Source: a bacterium (GTDB lineage: Bacteria; Ratteibacteria; UBA8468; B48-G9; JAFGKM01). Taken from it: DNA of 64,000 bases. The number at the start of each line of letters is the position of its first letter. Position 1 is the stretch's first letter. The stretch is from the NCBI GenBank assembly GCA_026414725.1, contig JAOAIL010000006.1, positions 390-64,389 on the forward strand, written 5' to 3'. Positions 20,746 through 32,485 of the stretch are shown piece by piece. Under the pieces are notes generated by a model. It had not been told where the DNA came from. It searched no databases and saw nothing but the letters and a program-made list of their open reading frames with translations. The translations under genes were made by a program, and so were the position numbers.

Positions 20746-21990
20746 ATGGAAAAATATATAAAAGTTCGCGGTATGCATGATATATTACCGGATGATGTTT
20801 CAAAATGGCAGTTTATTGAAAATGTTCTTGTAGAAACCGTAAGATATTATGGTTATAAAGAGATAAGAACTCCAGTAGTAGAGTATCGTTCACTATTTGA
20901 AAGAAGTATAGGTAATGAGTCAGACATTATCTCTAAAGAAATCTACGCTTTCAAGGATAGGAAAGGAAGAGAGGTTGCTCTAAGACCCGAAGGGACTGCT
21001 TCTGTAGTAAGGGCTTTTATTGAATCAGGGATGTATGCAGGAAGAAGGATATTCCGGCTTTATTATTATGGACCTATGTTCAGATATGACAGACCACAGA
21101 AAGGCAGATACAGACAGTTCTATCAGTTCGGGATTGAATTATTAGGCGGTAAAGACCCTTTTTTTGACACTGAGATTGTTTTACTACTTAAATTTATAGC
21201 AGACAGGTTAAACCTTAAAGGATATTATTTTCTTATTAATACATTAGGATGTCCTTTATGTAAAAATATATACACTGATATGGTAAAAGATTATTTTTCA
21301 GTAAGGCAGGACATCCTTTGTGAGGACTGCAAAAAAAGGACTATTTCCTCTCCCTTACGGATACTTGACTGTAAACAAGATGTCTGTAAAAAAATCGTTT
21401 CTGATGCACCTGTAATTGGAGATATTCTCTGTGATAATTGTAAAAAACATTTCAGAACATTTGAGGAATCTTTGAAAGCAAATATGGTCCCTTACAAAGT
21501 TGACCCCCACCTTGTAAGAGGACTTGACTATTATACAAGAACTGTATTTGAGTTATATGTCTCAGGAGAAGAAAATGCTATTGCAGCAGGTGGTAGATAT
21601 GATACCCTTGTTCAGCAATTAGGGGGACCTGATATTCCTGCCATTGGATTTGCCATTGGGATGGAACGTCTTATCTCTCTCGTTGAATATAATCAATCAA
21701 AAGAAGCATTTTTTTATCTTGCCTGTATAGGGGAAGAAGCAAAAAATGAAGGTACTATCATTGCTAATAATCTCCGTAAAGAAGGTATAGTAATTGAAAC
21801 AGATTATGAAGAAGAGACACTCCGTTCCCATTTAAAAACTGCCAATAAGATAGGGGCACACTGGTGTATAATAATCGGAGAAGATGAAATAAAAAGAAAA
21901 GAGATTTTAGTTAAAGATATGGTATCAGGGAAGCAGATTATTATTCCTATAGATAATTATACAAGCAGAATAAAGGAGATATTAAAATGA
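20746..21990 (+). CDS. hisS: Histidyl-tRNA synthetase, with a Cys-rich insertion
   Basis: MHDILPDD N-terminus and class II motifs. The insertion domain carries four CxxC pairs. Confidence 0.9.
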   Translation: MEKYIKVRGMHDILPDDVSKWQFIENVLVETVRYYGYKEIRTPVVEYRSLFERSIGNESDIISKEIYAFKDRKGREVALRPEGTASVVRAFIESGMYAGRRIFRLYYYGPMFRYDRPQKGRYRQFYQFGIELLGGKDPFFDTEIVLLLKFIADRLNLKGYYFLINTLGCPLCKNIYTDMVKDYFSVRQDILCEDCKKRTISSPLRILDCKQDVCKKIVSDAPVIGDILCDNCKKHFRTFEESLKANMVPYKVDPHLVRGLDYYTRTVFELYVSGEENAIAAGGRYDTLVQQLGGPDIPAIGFAIGMERLISLVEYNQSKEAFFYLACIGEEAKNEGTIIANNLRKEGIVIETDYEEETLRSHLKTANKIGAHWCIIIGEDEIKRKEILVKDMVSGKQIIIPIDNYTSRIKEILK

Positions 21991-23756
21991 TGAGAACTCA
22001 TAATTGTGGCGAACTTAACAGGACACATTCAGGAGAAAAGGTTGTTTTATGCGGTTGGGTAAACTCTATAAGGGACCATGGAGGGATAATATTTTTTGAT
22101 ATAAGAGACCGTTATGGTGTAACACAGATAGTATGTTCTCCGGAAAGTTTTAAGGAAAGTGGATTTGAAAATATAAAGGCAATAAGAGATGAGTGGGTCG
22201 TCAGAATTGAAGGAACAGTAAAAGAAAGGGCTCCAGAAACAGTAAATACTAAGATACCCACCGGTGAGATAGAGGTTGTTCCAGAAAAGATAGAAGTTCT
22301 GAATACTTCTCTTCCTCTACCATTTGAAATTTCTGATATAGAAAAGATTGAGGAGACACTAAAACTAAAATATAGATACCTTCACATAAGGAAATCACGG
22401 TTGACTGAAAACCTTCACAAGAGGGCACTTTTTGCACATTATATAAGAGAATTTTTGATATCAGAGCAATTCATAGAAGTTGAGACCCCAATTCTTACAA
22501 AGAGTACACCTGAAGGAGCACGGGACTTTATCGTCCCTTCACGATTAAATCCTGGGAAATTCTATGCACTCCCACAATCACCTCAGATTTTCAAACAACT
22601 TCTTATGGTAGGAGGTATTGACCGATACTTCCAGATAGCGAGATGTTTCAGAGATGAAGACCTGCGTGCTGATAGACAGCCAGAGTTCACACAAATAGAT
22701 ATAGAGATGTCCTTTATAAGTGAGGATGATATTATTTCTCTTATAGAAAGGATGTTAAAATATGCTATTGAGAAAACATTTAATATTCCGATAATAATTC
22801 CTTTTCCACGGATATCATATGATGACGCAATCTCAAAATATGGAGTTGATGCCCCTGACATAAGAATACCTTTAGAATATATAAACATCTCTTATATATT
22901 TCAACAGACAGAGATAAAAGTACTGAAAGATATTATTGAAAAAGGAGGAACAGTAAAAGGATTTATTATCAATGAAGGTGAAAAAATATCTCTTAAGGAT
23001 ATAGAAAATCTTGACAGGATGGTCAGGGAAGCAGGAGGCAGTGGACTGGGATGGATACGATTAAAAGGAAATGATGTGCAGAGTCCTTTTAAGAAATTTC
23101 TGTATCCTGATATAATCCAGAAAATAAAAGAACTTACCTCTTCAGAAAATTGTATTGTTTTTTTCCTTGCCGGTGAACAGAAAAAAATAACAGAGCTTCT
23201 TAATATAATAAAAAAACAAGTCGTAGAAAAAATTTTTACAAATAAGTCCGATGTCTTGAAGTTTATATGGGTAATAAACTTCCCTCTTTTTGAATATAAT
23301 AATGAAGAAAAGCGATTTCAGGCGGTTCATCATCCATTCACATCTCCAAAAGAAGAAGATATACCTAAGTTTAAACAGAACCCAGCAGATATGCGTTCAA
23401 GGGCATATGATATTGTATTAAATGGAATTGAAATTGGTGGTGGAAGCATAAGAATAAACAGAAGAGATATTCAGGAAGAAGTATTTAGGACAATAGGATT
23501 AAAGCAAGAAGATGTAAAAGAAAGATTTGGATTTTTACTAAATGCTCTTGAATATGGTGCTCCACCACATGGGGGTATTGCATTAGGATTGGACCGTCTT
23601 ATAATGCTGCTGGCAGGTGAAGAGAGCATAAGAGATACCATTGCATTTCCCAAAACACAAAAAGGTACCTGTCCTTTAACAGAAGCCCCGGGAGATGTGG
23701 ACCTGCAACTTCTGAAAGAAAATAGAATAAAAATTGACATAGAAAAATTGAAGTGA
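21987..23756 (+). CDS. aspS: Aspartyl-tRNA synthetase
   Basis: 589 aa. OB-fold followed by class II core motifs ([18 protein letters not shown]). Confidence 0.92.
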   Translation: MMRTHNCGELNRTHSGEKVVLCGWVNSIRDHGGIIFFDIRDRYGVTQIVCSPESFKESGFENIKAIRDEWVVRIEGTVKERAPETVNTKIPTGEIEVVPEKIEVLNTSLPLPFEISDIEKIEETLKLKYRYLHIRKSRLTENLHKRALFAHYIREFLISEQFIEVETPILTKSTPEGARDFIVPSRLNPGKFYALPQSPQIFKQLLMVGGIDRYFQIARCFRDEDLRADRQPEFTQIDIEMSFISEDDIISLIERMLKYAIEKTFNIPIIIPFPRISYDDAISKYGVDAPDIRIPLEYINISYIFQQTEIKVLKDIIEKGGTVKGFIINEGEKISLKDIENLDRMVREAGGSGLGWIRLKGNDVQSPFKKFLYPDIIQKIKELTSSENCIVFFLAGEQKKITELLNIIKKQVVEKIFTNKSDVLKFIWVINFPLFEYNNEEKRFQAVHHPFTSPKEEDIPKFKQNPADMRSRAYDIVLNGIEIGGGSIRINRRDIQEEVFRTIGLKQEDVKERFGFLLNALEYGAPPHGGIALGLDRLIMLLAGEESIRDTIAFPKTQKGTCPLTEAPGDVDLQLLKENRIKIDIEKLK

Positions 23757-23809
23757 TAATATAAAATAAGTAAAAAAGTAAAAACTGCTTTTATTAAAAG
23801 GGGCAAATT

Positions 23810-24583
23810 ATGAAAAGGAAGATAATAAATTTTTGTATAGGTGCAGTATGCATCATTTTCCTTTCTGGCTGTGCAACTACAGGTAAAAAGGGGAGTAAAG
23901 AGATTGCAAAAAACGACCTTGAACTGATTGATATAAAGATGAAACAACTCCTTGCTATATCTGAAACAAGTTTAGAAATCAGCCGTAAGGCAGAGGAAAC
24001 ATCAAACGAAGCACTTGAAAAAAGCAAACAAGCAGAAGCAACGAGTGATAAAGCATTAGAAGCATCAAATAAAGCAATAGAAGCATCAAATGAAGCAAAG
24101 AAATATGCTGAAGAACAATCGCAAAAAGCGATAGAAGCAGCAAACGATGCGAAAAAGTATGCTGAAGAACAATCACAGAAAGCAATAGAAGCATCAAATA
24201 CTGCCTCTAAAGCGGCTATTGAATATTCTGATAGAGCAGCAGAAAAAGCAATTCAGGCATCTAACGAAGCAATTAAGGTAGCAAATCTTGCAAGTGAAAA
24301 GGCAATAGCAATAGCAAATCAGACAATGGCAGAAGTAAACAGGTTAAGAGCAACTATAAAGATGCAGGAAGAGGTAGAACCCATATTGAAAGAAGAACCA
24401 GCGGTTAAAATAGAACAGGTAGAACAAAAAGTACACATTGTTAAGAGCGGAGAAACACTTTCCACTATTGCCTGTAAATATTATAAAGATTCCTCTAAGT
24501 GGAAAGTAATATATGATACAAATAAAAATGTTCTTAAAAACCCTAATGTTATTACACCGGGAACAAAATTAGTCATTCCATAA
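23810..24583 (+). CDS. Lipoprotein with a repetitive alanine/lysine coiled-coil region and a C-terminal LysM domain
   Basis: FLSGC lipobox, internal KAIEASN repeats, LysM (VKSGETLSTIA...VITPGTKLVIP). Confidence 0.75.
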   Translation: MKRKIINFCIGAVCIIFLSGCATTGKKGSKEIAKNDLELIDIKMKQLLAISETSLEISRKAEETSNEALEKSKQAEATSDKALEASNKAIEASNEAKKYAEEQSQKAIEAANDAKKYAEEQSQKAIEASNTASKAAIEYSDRAAEKAIQASNEAIKVANLASEKAIAIANQTMAEVNRLRATIKMQEEVEPILKEEPAVKIEQVEQKVHIVKSGETLSTIACKYYKDSSKWKVIYDTNKNVLKNPNVITPGTKLVIP

Positions 24584-24584
24584 A

Positions 24585-25595
24585 ATGTCCCTTTTAAAAG
24601 AGGTATATCTCACCAATGAAGAAGCCCAGATTATCTCTGGGATAAGAGATAGTAATCTTGATTATATTGAGGACTTGATGGGTGTAGAGATTTTTGCCAG
24701 AGGTAATGTTTTAAAAATAAAGGGGACTGATAAAAACGTTGAAAACACAATAACATTATTGGATGCTCTCAAAAATTTCGTCAAACATAAAAAAAATATA
24801 ACCCGAAGTGATATACTCAAAATATTGGAAGAACCATCTGAACTACAGGAACATAATTCCACTTTATTAGAAACAAAGGATAAATCATCTGCTATCCTTG
24901 TGGATTCAAAGCGAAAAATAATTACTCCGAGAAGTCCTGCACAGAAAAGATATATCCAGACAATAAGAAAATATGACCTCGTAATGGGAATAGGACCTGC
25001 TGGTACAGGCAAGACATATCTTGCTGTTGCAGTGGGTATTGAGATGGTAAAACATGGAAAATTCCAGAAGATTGTACTCACCAGACCAGCACTTGAGGCA
25101 GGTGAACGACTGGGATTTCTTCCAGGAGACCTTGAAGAAAAGATAAAGCCATATCTTCAGCCCATATATGACTCAATATATGACATTATGCGGTATGAAG
25201 AAATTAAACGCTGGACAGAAAGAAGGATACTTGAAGTAGTCCCCCTTGCATATATGAGAGGGAGAACATTAAGTGATTCTTTTATAATACTTGATGAAGC
25301 CCAGAACACCACTCTGGAACAAATGAAGATGTTTCTCACCCGTCTCGGTATCAATTCAAAAGCAGTAATTACAGGTGATATTACACAGATAGATACCCCT
25401 CTTTCATCTCTTACATCAGGACTGGTAGAAATACAGAAAGTCCTTCATAGAGTTTCAGGTATAAAATTTGTGTACTTTTCGCATAGAGATGTGGTAAGAC
25501 ATTCTCTTGTAAAAAAGATAATAAATGCTTATGAAAGATACGAGAAGAAAAAGAAAAGTGGTATTTTCCCTAAAAAACTGTCAAAGGAAGATTAG
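24585..25595 (+). CDS. phoH: PhoH-like ATPase
   Basis: GPAGTGKTYLAVA Walker A. Sits in the conserved phoH-ybeY-dgkA context. Confidence 0.9.
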   Translation: MSLLKEVYLTNEEAQIISGIRDSNLDYIEDLMGVEIFARGNVLKIKGTDKNVENTITLLDALKNFVKHKKNITRSDILKILEEPSELQEHNSTLLETKDKSSAILVDSKRKIITPRSPAQKRYIQTIRKYDLVMGIGPAGTGKTYLAVAVGIEMVKHGKFQKIVLTRPALEAGERLGFLPGDLEEKIKPYLQPIYDSIYDIMRYEEIKRWTERRILEVVPLAYMRGRTLSDSFIILDEAQNTTLEQMKMFLTRLGINSKAVITGDITQIDTPLSSLTSGLVEIQKVLHRVSGIKFVYFSHRDVVRHSLVKKIINAYERYEKKKKSGIFPKKLSKED

Positions 25596-25614
25596 AATTA
25601 ACTGTCCCCAAATA

Positions 25615-25989
25615 ATGACAACGCTTAAAAAAAATAATCTATTTTTCTCTACACCCCCCTCTTATATTAATGTTGTTATTGTAAGTGACAACAAAATTAA
25701 GAAACTCAATAAAGAATTTTTACACAAAAATACTACAACAGATGTTTTGAGTTTTAAGGTATCTTATCAAGAAGGAGAGGTAATAATATCCGCTGAGACC
25801 GCACAACAGAATGCATTGCAATATGGTTTCCCTGTGGAATATGAGATAATATATTTAATAATTCACGGGTATCTACATCTTAGAAATTACACTGATTATA
25901 CTGAAAAAGAAAGAACAAAAATGTTAAAGATACAGGACAGGATATTTACAAAAATAATAAGGAATAGAAAATATGAAAGTGAACAATAA
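25615..25989 (+). CDS. ybeY: rRNA maturation endoribonuclease YbeY
   Basis: HGYLHL metal-binding motif. Start placed at the internal Met to avoid overlap with phoH. Confidence 0.8.
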   Translation: MTTLKKNNLFFSTPPSYINVVIVSDNKIKKLNKEFLHKNTTTDVLSFKVSYQEGEVIISAETAQQNALQYGFPVEYEIIYLIIHGYLHLRNYTDYTEKERTKMLKIQDRIFTKIIRNRKYESEQ

Positions 25990-26692
25990 AAAACAGGATA
26001 TAGTGACAAGTTTCAATTCTGCATTAGAAGGTCTATTTTACTCATTTAAAAGAGAAAGAAATATTAAAATTCATACAATCTTTGCTTTTGCTGTAATACT
26101 GTTAGGACTTTTCTTTAAACTACCGCTTCCAGAATTTATCCTTCTGCTGGTTGTTATATCAATTGTGTTCATAGCAGAACTTATAAATACAGTTGTAGAA
26201 GTTGTTGTGGATGTATTTGTATCAGAGTATCATTATGAAGCAAAAAAAGCCAAAGATATATCTGCCGCAGCAGTTCTTGTATCCGCTGTACTTTCTGTAA
26301 TTAGTGGCTATCTGATATTTGTAAAACATTTCCCTTCCGGATGGAGAAACATATTTAATAATATAGCAAACTCTTCGTGGCATTTAAGTTTCACTGCACT
26401 TATTATTGTAATAACACTTTCTCTCGTTATGAAACTTATTATAGGGAAAAAATATTCAGTTTCAGGCGGGATGCCCAGTATCCATAGTGTCGCATCTTTC
26501 AGTATATGGACAGCCATATCATTCTTTACTTTTAATGAATACCCTATTATTTCATTGCTCGTCTTTATTCTCGCATTCTGGGTAGCACAAAGCAGGGTTT
26601 TGCGGGGAATACATAAACCATCAGAGGTAATTATCGGTGGAATTATAGGAGTGTTTATTACAACCCTTTTCTTTCAAATATTCTGGAGGTGA
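25973..26692 (+). CDS. dgkA: Diacylglycerol/undecaprenol kinase (DgkA) fused to a PAP2 phosphatase domain
   Basis: N-terminal half has DgkA motifs (ELINTVVEVVVD, AKKAKDISAAAV). C-terminal half has PAP2 motifs (PSIHS; SRVLRGIHKPSE). Confidence 0.75.
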   Translation: MKVNNKKQDIVTSFNSALEGLFYSFKRERNIKIHTIFAFAVILLGLFFKLPLPEFILLLVVISIVFIAELINTVVEVVVDVFVSEYHYEAKKAKDISAAAVLVSAVLSVISGYLIFVKHFPSGWRNIFNNIANSSWHLSFTALIIVITLSLVMKLIIGKKYSVSGGMPSIHSVASFSIWTAISFFTFNEYPIISLLVFILAFWVAQSRVLRGIHKPSEVIIGGIIGVFITTLFFQIFWR

Positions 26693-27300
26693 AAATGAAA
26701 TCACTTAAAAAACATTTCATTTCAGGTATTGTTTTTATAATACCCATTTCGCTTTCTCTATGGATATTGTTCAAAATTATAAGTTTTCTTGAAAATGTAC
26801 TGGGTCCTCTATTCAAAAAATTCTTTCCAAATATATACACTCCGGGGGTTGGTTTTTTTTCTCTCATACTTCTTATTCTGCTTATTGGATTTCTTGCCGA
26901 TAATTTTTTAGGGAAAAAAATACTCGTATTCTTTGAAAGAGTATTTGAAACAATGCCTGTCCTGAATAGAATTTATCTCTTTATAAAAAGTATAAGCAAT
27001 AATCTTATTCAGGGAAAATCAACCATATTCAAAGAAGTTATAAAGATATCTTTCCCTAATGGAAGTTATACCATTGGTTTTATTATGGGAAAATCCAGAG
27101 AACAGGGAATGGTAAATGTTTTTGTCCCTACCGTACCGAATATAAGTACTGGGTTTTATCTAATTATCCCTGAAACAAACATTGAAAAACTTGACATGTC
27201 TGTGGAAGAGGCATTGAAAACAGTTATCTCTATGGGACTTTTCTCATCGGAGGAAAATGGCACCAATAAAAACAGAGGCATTTGTTCTAAAGAAACATAA
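26689..27300 (+). CDS. DUF502 family membrane protein
   Basis: N-terminal TM helix and a DUF502-like pattern. Confidence 0.6.
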   Translation: MKMKSLKKHFISGIVFIIPISLSLWILFKIISFLENVLGPLFKKFFPNIYTPGVGFFSLILLILLIGFLADNFLGKKILVFFERVFETMPVLNRIYLFIKSISNNLIQGKSTIFKEVIKISFPNGSYTIGFIMGKSREQGMVNVFVPTVPNISTGFYLIIPETNIEKLDMSVEEALKTVISMGLFSSEENGTNKNRGICSKET

Positions 27301-28000
27301 CTTTAGAGAGACAAGTGTAATTCTCTCTCTTTATACAGAAAAGGCAGGAAAAATTAAAGGGGTATTGAAAGGTGTAAGAGTGGAAAAAAGTAAAGTTCCA
27401 CCATTAACCTTCACACCTGGCGCCTATATCTGCACGACTGTTTATTTAAAAAAGCACTCTGAATTAAACCTGATAAGTAGCCCTTTTCTATTACAATATT
27501 ACGAAAACATATGTAAGAAAAATCTGTATGTCTGGCACCTTATACTTAACCTCGTAGACCTATTTACTCCTGAAAAAGATGTAGATAAGGAGATGTTTAC
27601 CCTCCTGAAAGATACAGGTGATGCCTTTAAAGAATCTTCAAATCCCGAAGTGATTTTTATCACATTCAAACTTAAATTTATAAAAATACTCGGATATGGT
27701 ATAGAACTTTCAAAATGTGTTGTCTGTAGAAAGCAAAATCCTGTGTACCTATTCAGTGGTAAACTCGGTGGACTTATATGTAATGTTTGTAAACACCGAG
27801 ACCCACAGAGGGTGAATATATCAAAAAAGATTATTCATATAATGCAACAAATGGAAAAAATGGATATGAAAAGATGTTTTGTTATAAAACGTATTCCCTT
27901 TGATATATTACAAAAAATAAACTTTTATGCAAACATAACATTGAATTATCACTCAGAGATTGATAAAATATGGTGGACAAATGAGAAAAATATCTTATAA
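27257..28000 (+). CDS. recO: DNA repair protein RecO
   Basis: OB-fold N-terminus and a CVVCRK...CNVCK zinc finger. Confidence 0.85.
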   Translation: MAPIKTEAFVLKKHNFRETSVILSLYTEKAGKIKGVLKGVRVEKSKVPPLTFTPGAYICTTVYLKKHSELNLISSPFLLQYYENICKKNLYVWHLILNLVDLFTPEKDVDKEMFTLLKDTGDAFKESSNPEVIFITFKLKFIKILGYGIELSKCVVCRKQNPVYLFSGKLGGLICNVCKHRDPQRVNISKKIIHIMQQMEKMDMKRCFVIKRIPFDILQKINFYANITLNYHSEIDKIWWTNEKNIL

Positions 28001-28814
28001 AAAAATAATTGATGGAGTAATTGAACTTGTAATAAATACAAGCAGAAATATACCTGATGAAGTGAAGAGATATATAAAAAAAGCATATCTATCAGAATCA
28101 GGTTATGGGAAAAAATATCTTGAAATAATTCTAAAAAATTTCGCTATAGCAGAAAAAGAAAAATTACCGATATGTCAGGATACAGGACTTGCTGTATTCT
28201 TTGTAGAGTTAGGTCCGGATATTGTAATTGATACAGGAAGATATAAAACACTTGAAGATATTATAAATGAGGGGTTGCAAACTGGAAGTAAAAAGGGATA
28301 TCTAAGAAATTCTGTTGTGTCTGCAATAGATAGGAAAAATACAGGGACAAACAGTCCGGGTATTATACATATAATCCCTGCAAGTAAAGGGATTTTCAGA
28401 ATACATCTACTGTCAAAAGGATTTGGTTCTGAAAATACTTCAAAGATTGCTATGTTAAGCCCCACTGGGGGGAAAGAAATGATAGAGAACTTTATAGTTG
28501 AAACGGTAAAACAGGCAGGTTCATTACCCTGTCCACCTCTGTTTGTTGGTGTTGGTATCGGTGGTTCTTTTGAGAAAGCGGCAGTTTTATCAAAGTTAGC
28601 ACTGTGTAATATAGGAAAGGAGTCAAAACATAGAAGATGGGAAAAGAAAATCCTTTCAATGATAAATATGTTAAATATAGGACCTGCTGGTTTGGGTGGG
28701 AAAAACACTGCACTGGATGTAAGGGTAGAGGAAACTCCTACACATATAGCAGGACTGCCTGTTGCTGTAAATATATCCTGCTGGGCACACAGGTATGGAT
28801 GGATAGAGTTATGA
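27960..28814 (+). CDS. fumA: Fe-S hydro-lyase (class I fumarate hydratase/tartrate dehydratase) alpha subunit
   Basis: LPICQDTG catalytic motif. Confidence 0.8.
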   Translation: MIKYGGQMRKISYKKIIDGVIELVINTSRNIPDEVKRYIKKAYLSESGYGKKYLEIILKNFAIAEKEKLPICQDTGLAVFFVELGPDIVIDTGRYKTLEDIINEGLQTGSKKGYLRNSVVSAIDRKNTGTNSPGIIHIIPASKGIFRIHLLSKGFGSENTSKIAMLSPTGGKEMIENFIVETVKQAGSLPCPPLFVGVGIGGSFEKAAVLSKLALCNIGKESKHRRWEKKILSMINMLNIGPAGLGGKNTALDVRVEETPTHIAGLPVAVNISCWAHRYGWIEL

Positions 28815-29344
28815 AGAAAATATACTTTCCATTAAAAACAGTAAAAGAAATTGAGGTACTGAAAGTAGGTGAAGAGGTTGAGATATATGGAATTATTTAC
28901 GTGGCGAGAGATGCCGCACATAAAAAACTCATTTCTGACATTAATAAGCAAGAAACCTTACCCTTTCAATTAAAAAATAATCTTATCTACTATATGGGAC
29001 CCACACCTGCACCTGAAGGGAAAATCATTGGTTCCTGTGGTCCTACAACAAGTAAGAGAATGGATACTTATACCTCTCTCCTTTTACAGAAAGGACTTAA
29101 AGCAACTATTGGTAAAGGTGAAAGGAGTGAAGATATTGTTTCTGCCTGTAAAAAATATAAAGCAGTATATTTCATCACTTATGGTGGTTGTGGAGCATAT
29201 TTAAGTAAATTTATCAAAAAATCTGAATGTATTGCCTATAAAGAACTTGGACCTGAAGCAATATATAAACTTGAGGTAGAAAAATTTCCTGCTATTGTTG
29301 CTATTGATACAGAAGGCAATAGTATTTATAATAAAAGGGTGTAA
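28811..29344 (+). CDS. fumB: Fe-S hydro-lyase beta subunit
   Basis: Start taken at the internal Met (MKKIYFPL), overlapping the alpha stop as ATGA. GSCGPTTSKRMD motif. Confidence 0.75.
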   Translation: MKKIYFPLKTVKEIEVLKVGEEVEIYGIIYVARDAAHKKLISDINKQETLPFQLKNNLIYYMGPTPAPEGKIIGSCGPTTSKRMDTYTSLLLQKGLKATIGKGERSEDIVSACKKYKAVYFITYGGCGAYLSKFIKKSECIAYKELGPEAIYKLEVEKFPAIVAIDTEGNSIYNKRV

Positions 29345-29411
29345 CAATCTCCTCGTTTTAATTTAAAGAATAGGAAACTTTATTCCCCATATAAGGGGAA
29401 GGATATTAAGT

Positions 29412-29470
29412 GGGGGATAATAAAGGTCTCACCCTCACCCTGTCCCTCTCCCCTCAAGGGAGAGGGAAAC
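29412..29470. repeat. Single hairpin-a repeat unit upstream of the tRNA pair
   Basis: GGTCTCACCCTCACCCTGTCCCTCTCCCCTCAAGGGAGAGGG. Confidence 0.8.
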
Positions 29471-29484
29471 TAATTTATAATTTT

Positions 29485-29558
29485 GCGCCCATAGTTCAAC
29501 TGGATAGAACGTCGGGTTGCGGACCCGAAAGTTGCTGGTTCAAATCCGGCTGGGCGCA
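29485..29558 (+). tRNA. tRNA-Arg; anticodon reads GCG in my hand fold
   Basis: Cloverleaf: acceptor GCGCCCA/TGGGCGC, D-arm GTTC..GAAC, anticodon stem TCGGG/CCCGA with loop TTGCGGA, T-arm GCTGG-TTCAAAT-CCGGC. Confidence 0.65.
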
Positions 29559-29560
29559 CA

Positions 29561-29636
29561 CGGGGCGTGGCTCAGCCTGGTTAAGAGCGCTTGGTTCGGG
29601 ACCAAGAGGTCGGCGGTTCAAATCCGCCCGCCCCGA
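29561..29636 (+). tRNA. tRNA-Pro (anticodon CGG)
   Basis: C1:G72 acceptor, anticodon loop TTCGGGA, T-loop TTCAAAT. 2 nt after tRNA-Arg. Confidence 0.7.
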
Positions 29637-30799
29637 CTATCCTGGCATCCCATTACCAACATAGAAAAGAAAGAGACAGTATAGGGAAGAATTTTTTCAT
29701 CTATGGAGAAGGTAGGACTATGGTTGGGTCCGTATTTGTCTCCAATTCCAACAAAAAGATACGCAGAAGGAACCCTCTGTGCAAAGAATGCAAAGTCCTC
29801 ACCACCCATTATAGGATGGAAGTCAACAAGATTCTGGGGTACAATACCTTTTGCTATATCTTTTACTTTCTCCACCATCCCTTCATCATTCACACAGACA
29901 GGAGAATAGTTTTTATATAAAATATCTACCTGACATCCATAAGTATTACATACTGAATATGTCTTTTTTTCTATCTCTTCTCTTATCTTATTCTGCACTT
30001 CTTCTTTAAGTGTTCTTACAGTCCCTATCAATTCAACTATTTCAGGGATGATGTTAAATGCATCCCCACCTTTAATAGAACAGATAGATACCACTGCATT
30101 ATCCATAGGATTTATACTTCTGCTTACTATTGTCTGAAGTGCTGTAATAAGATACCCTGCACAAACAACAGGGTCAGCAGTAAGATGGGGAGCAGAACCA
30201 TGTCCACCCTGCCCTTTTATAGTTATTTTAAAATAGTCGGTACTTGCCATTACAGGTCCTTTCCCTATCCAGATTTTATAAAGTGGAAGTTGAGGGAAAA
30301 AATGGAAACCGAGTAGGTAATCAACATTTTTTAAGACACCCTCTTTTATCATCAAGGGGGCTCCACAGGGTGGTCTTTCTTCTGATGGCTGGAAGATAAA
30401 TTTTACATTTACTTTAAGTTCTTTCTCTATTCTTTTTAAAACACAAGCAATACCGAGCAATGTAGCAGTATGTCCATCATGCCCGCAGGCATGCATAATC
30501 CCTTTATTAACAGATGCAAAAGGAAGTTCTGTTTTTTCCTCAACAGGAAGTGCATCCATATCAGCCCGTAAACCAATGGTTATATCTGCACCTCTATCTA
30601 TATAGCCCACAACACCTGTCTTCGCTTTAACCTCAAAAGGAATTCCTGTCTGTTTAAGAATGTTCTGGATTTTTTCAGATGTTCTGTATTCTTCAAATCC
30701 TAGTTCAGGATATTTGTGAAAATATCTGCGCCATTCAATAACTTTCTTTTCTATTCTGTTTGTTTCTGTTTTTATTTTTTTAAGTAATTCTGCTTTCAT
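29618..30799 (-). CDS. M20 family amidohydrolase/peptidase
   Basis: HACGHDGH metal-binding motif. 393 aa. The 3' end overlaps tRNA-Pro on the opposite strand. Confidence 0.8.
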   Translation of the reverse strand: MKAELLKKIKTETNRIEKKVIEWRRYFHKYPELGFEEYRTSEKIQNILKQTGIPFEVKAKTGVVGYIDRGADITIGLRADMDALPVEEKTELPFASVNKGIMHACGHDGHTATLLGIACVLKRIEKELKVNVKFIFQPSEERPPCGAPLMIKEGVLKNVDYLLGFHFFPQLPLYKIWIGKGPVMASTDYFKITIKGQGGHGSAPHLTADPVVCAGYLITALQTIVSRSINPMDNAVVSICSIKGGDAFNIIPEIVELIGTVRTLKEEVQNKIREEIEKKTYSVCNTYGCQVDILYKNYSPVCVNDEGMVEKVKDIAKGIVPQNLVDFHPIMGGEDFAFFAQRVPSAYLFVGIGDKYGPNHSPTFSIDEKILPYTVSFFSMLVMGCQDSRGGRI

Positions 30800-30895
30800 A
30801 AAACCTCTCCCCTTATCTCCTCAAAGAATAAAACATAAGCAGGAGAACTACTTCACTTTTAAAAAAGAGATTAAAACAACTTTCTTCTCTAATTT

Positions 30896-32459
<1,564 letters not shown>

Positions 32460-32485
32460 AATAAGTTAAAACATCTTCACACTTT

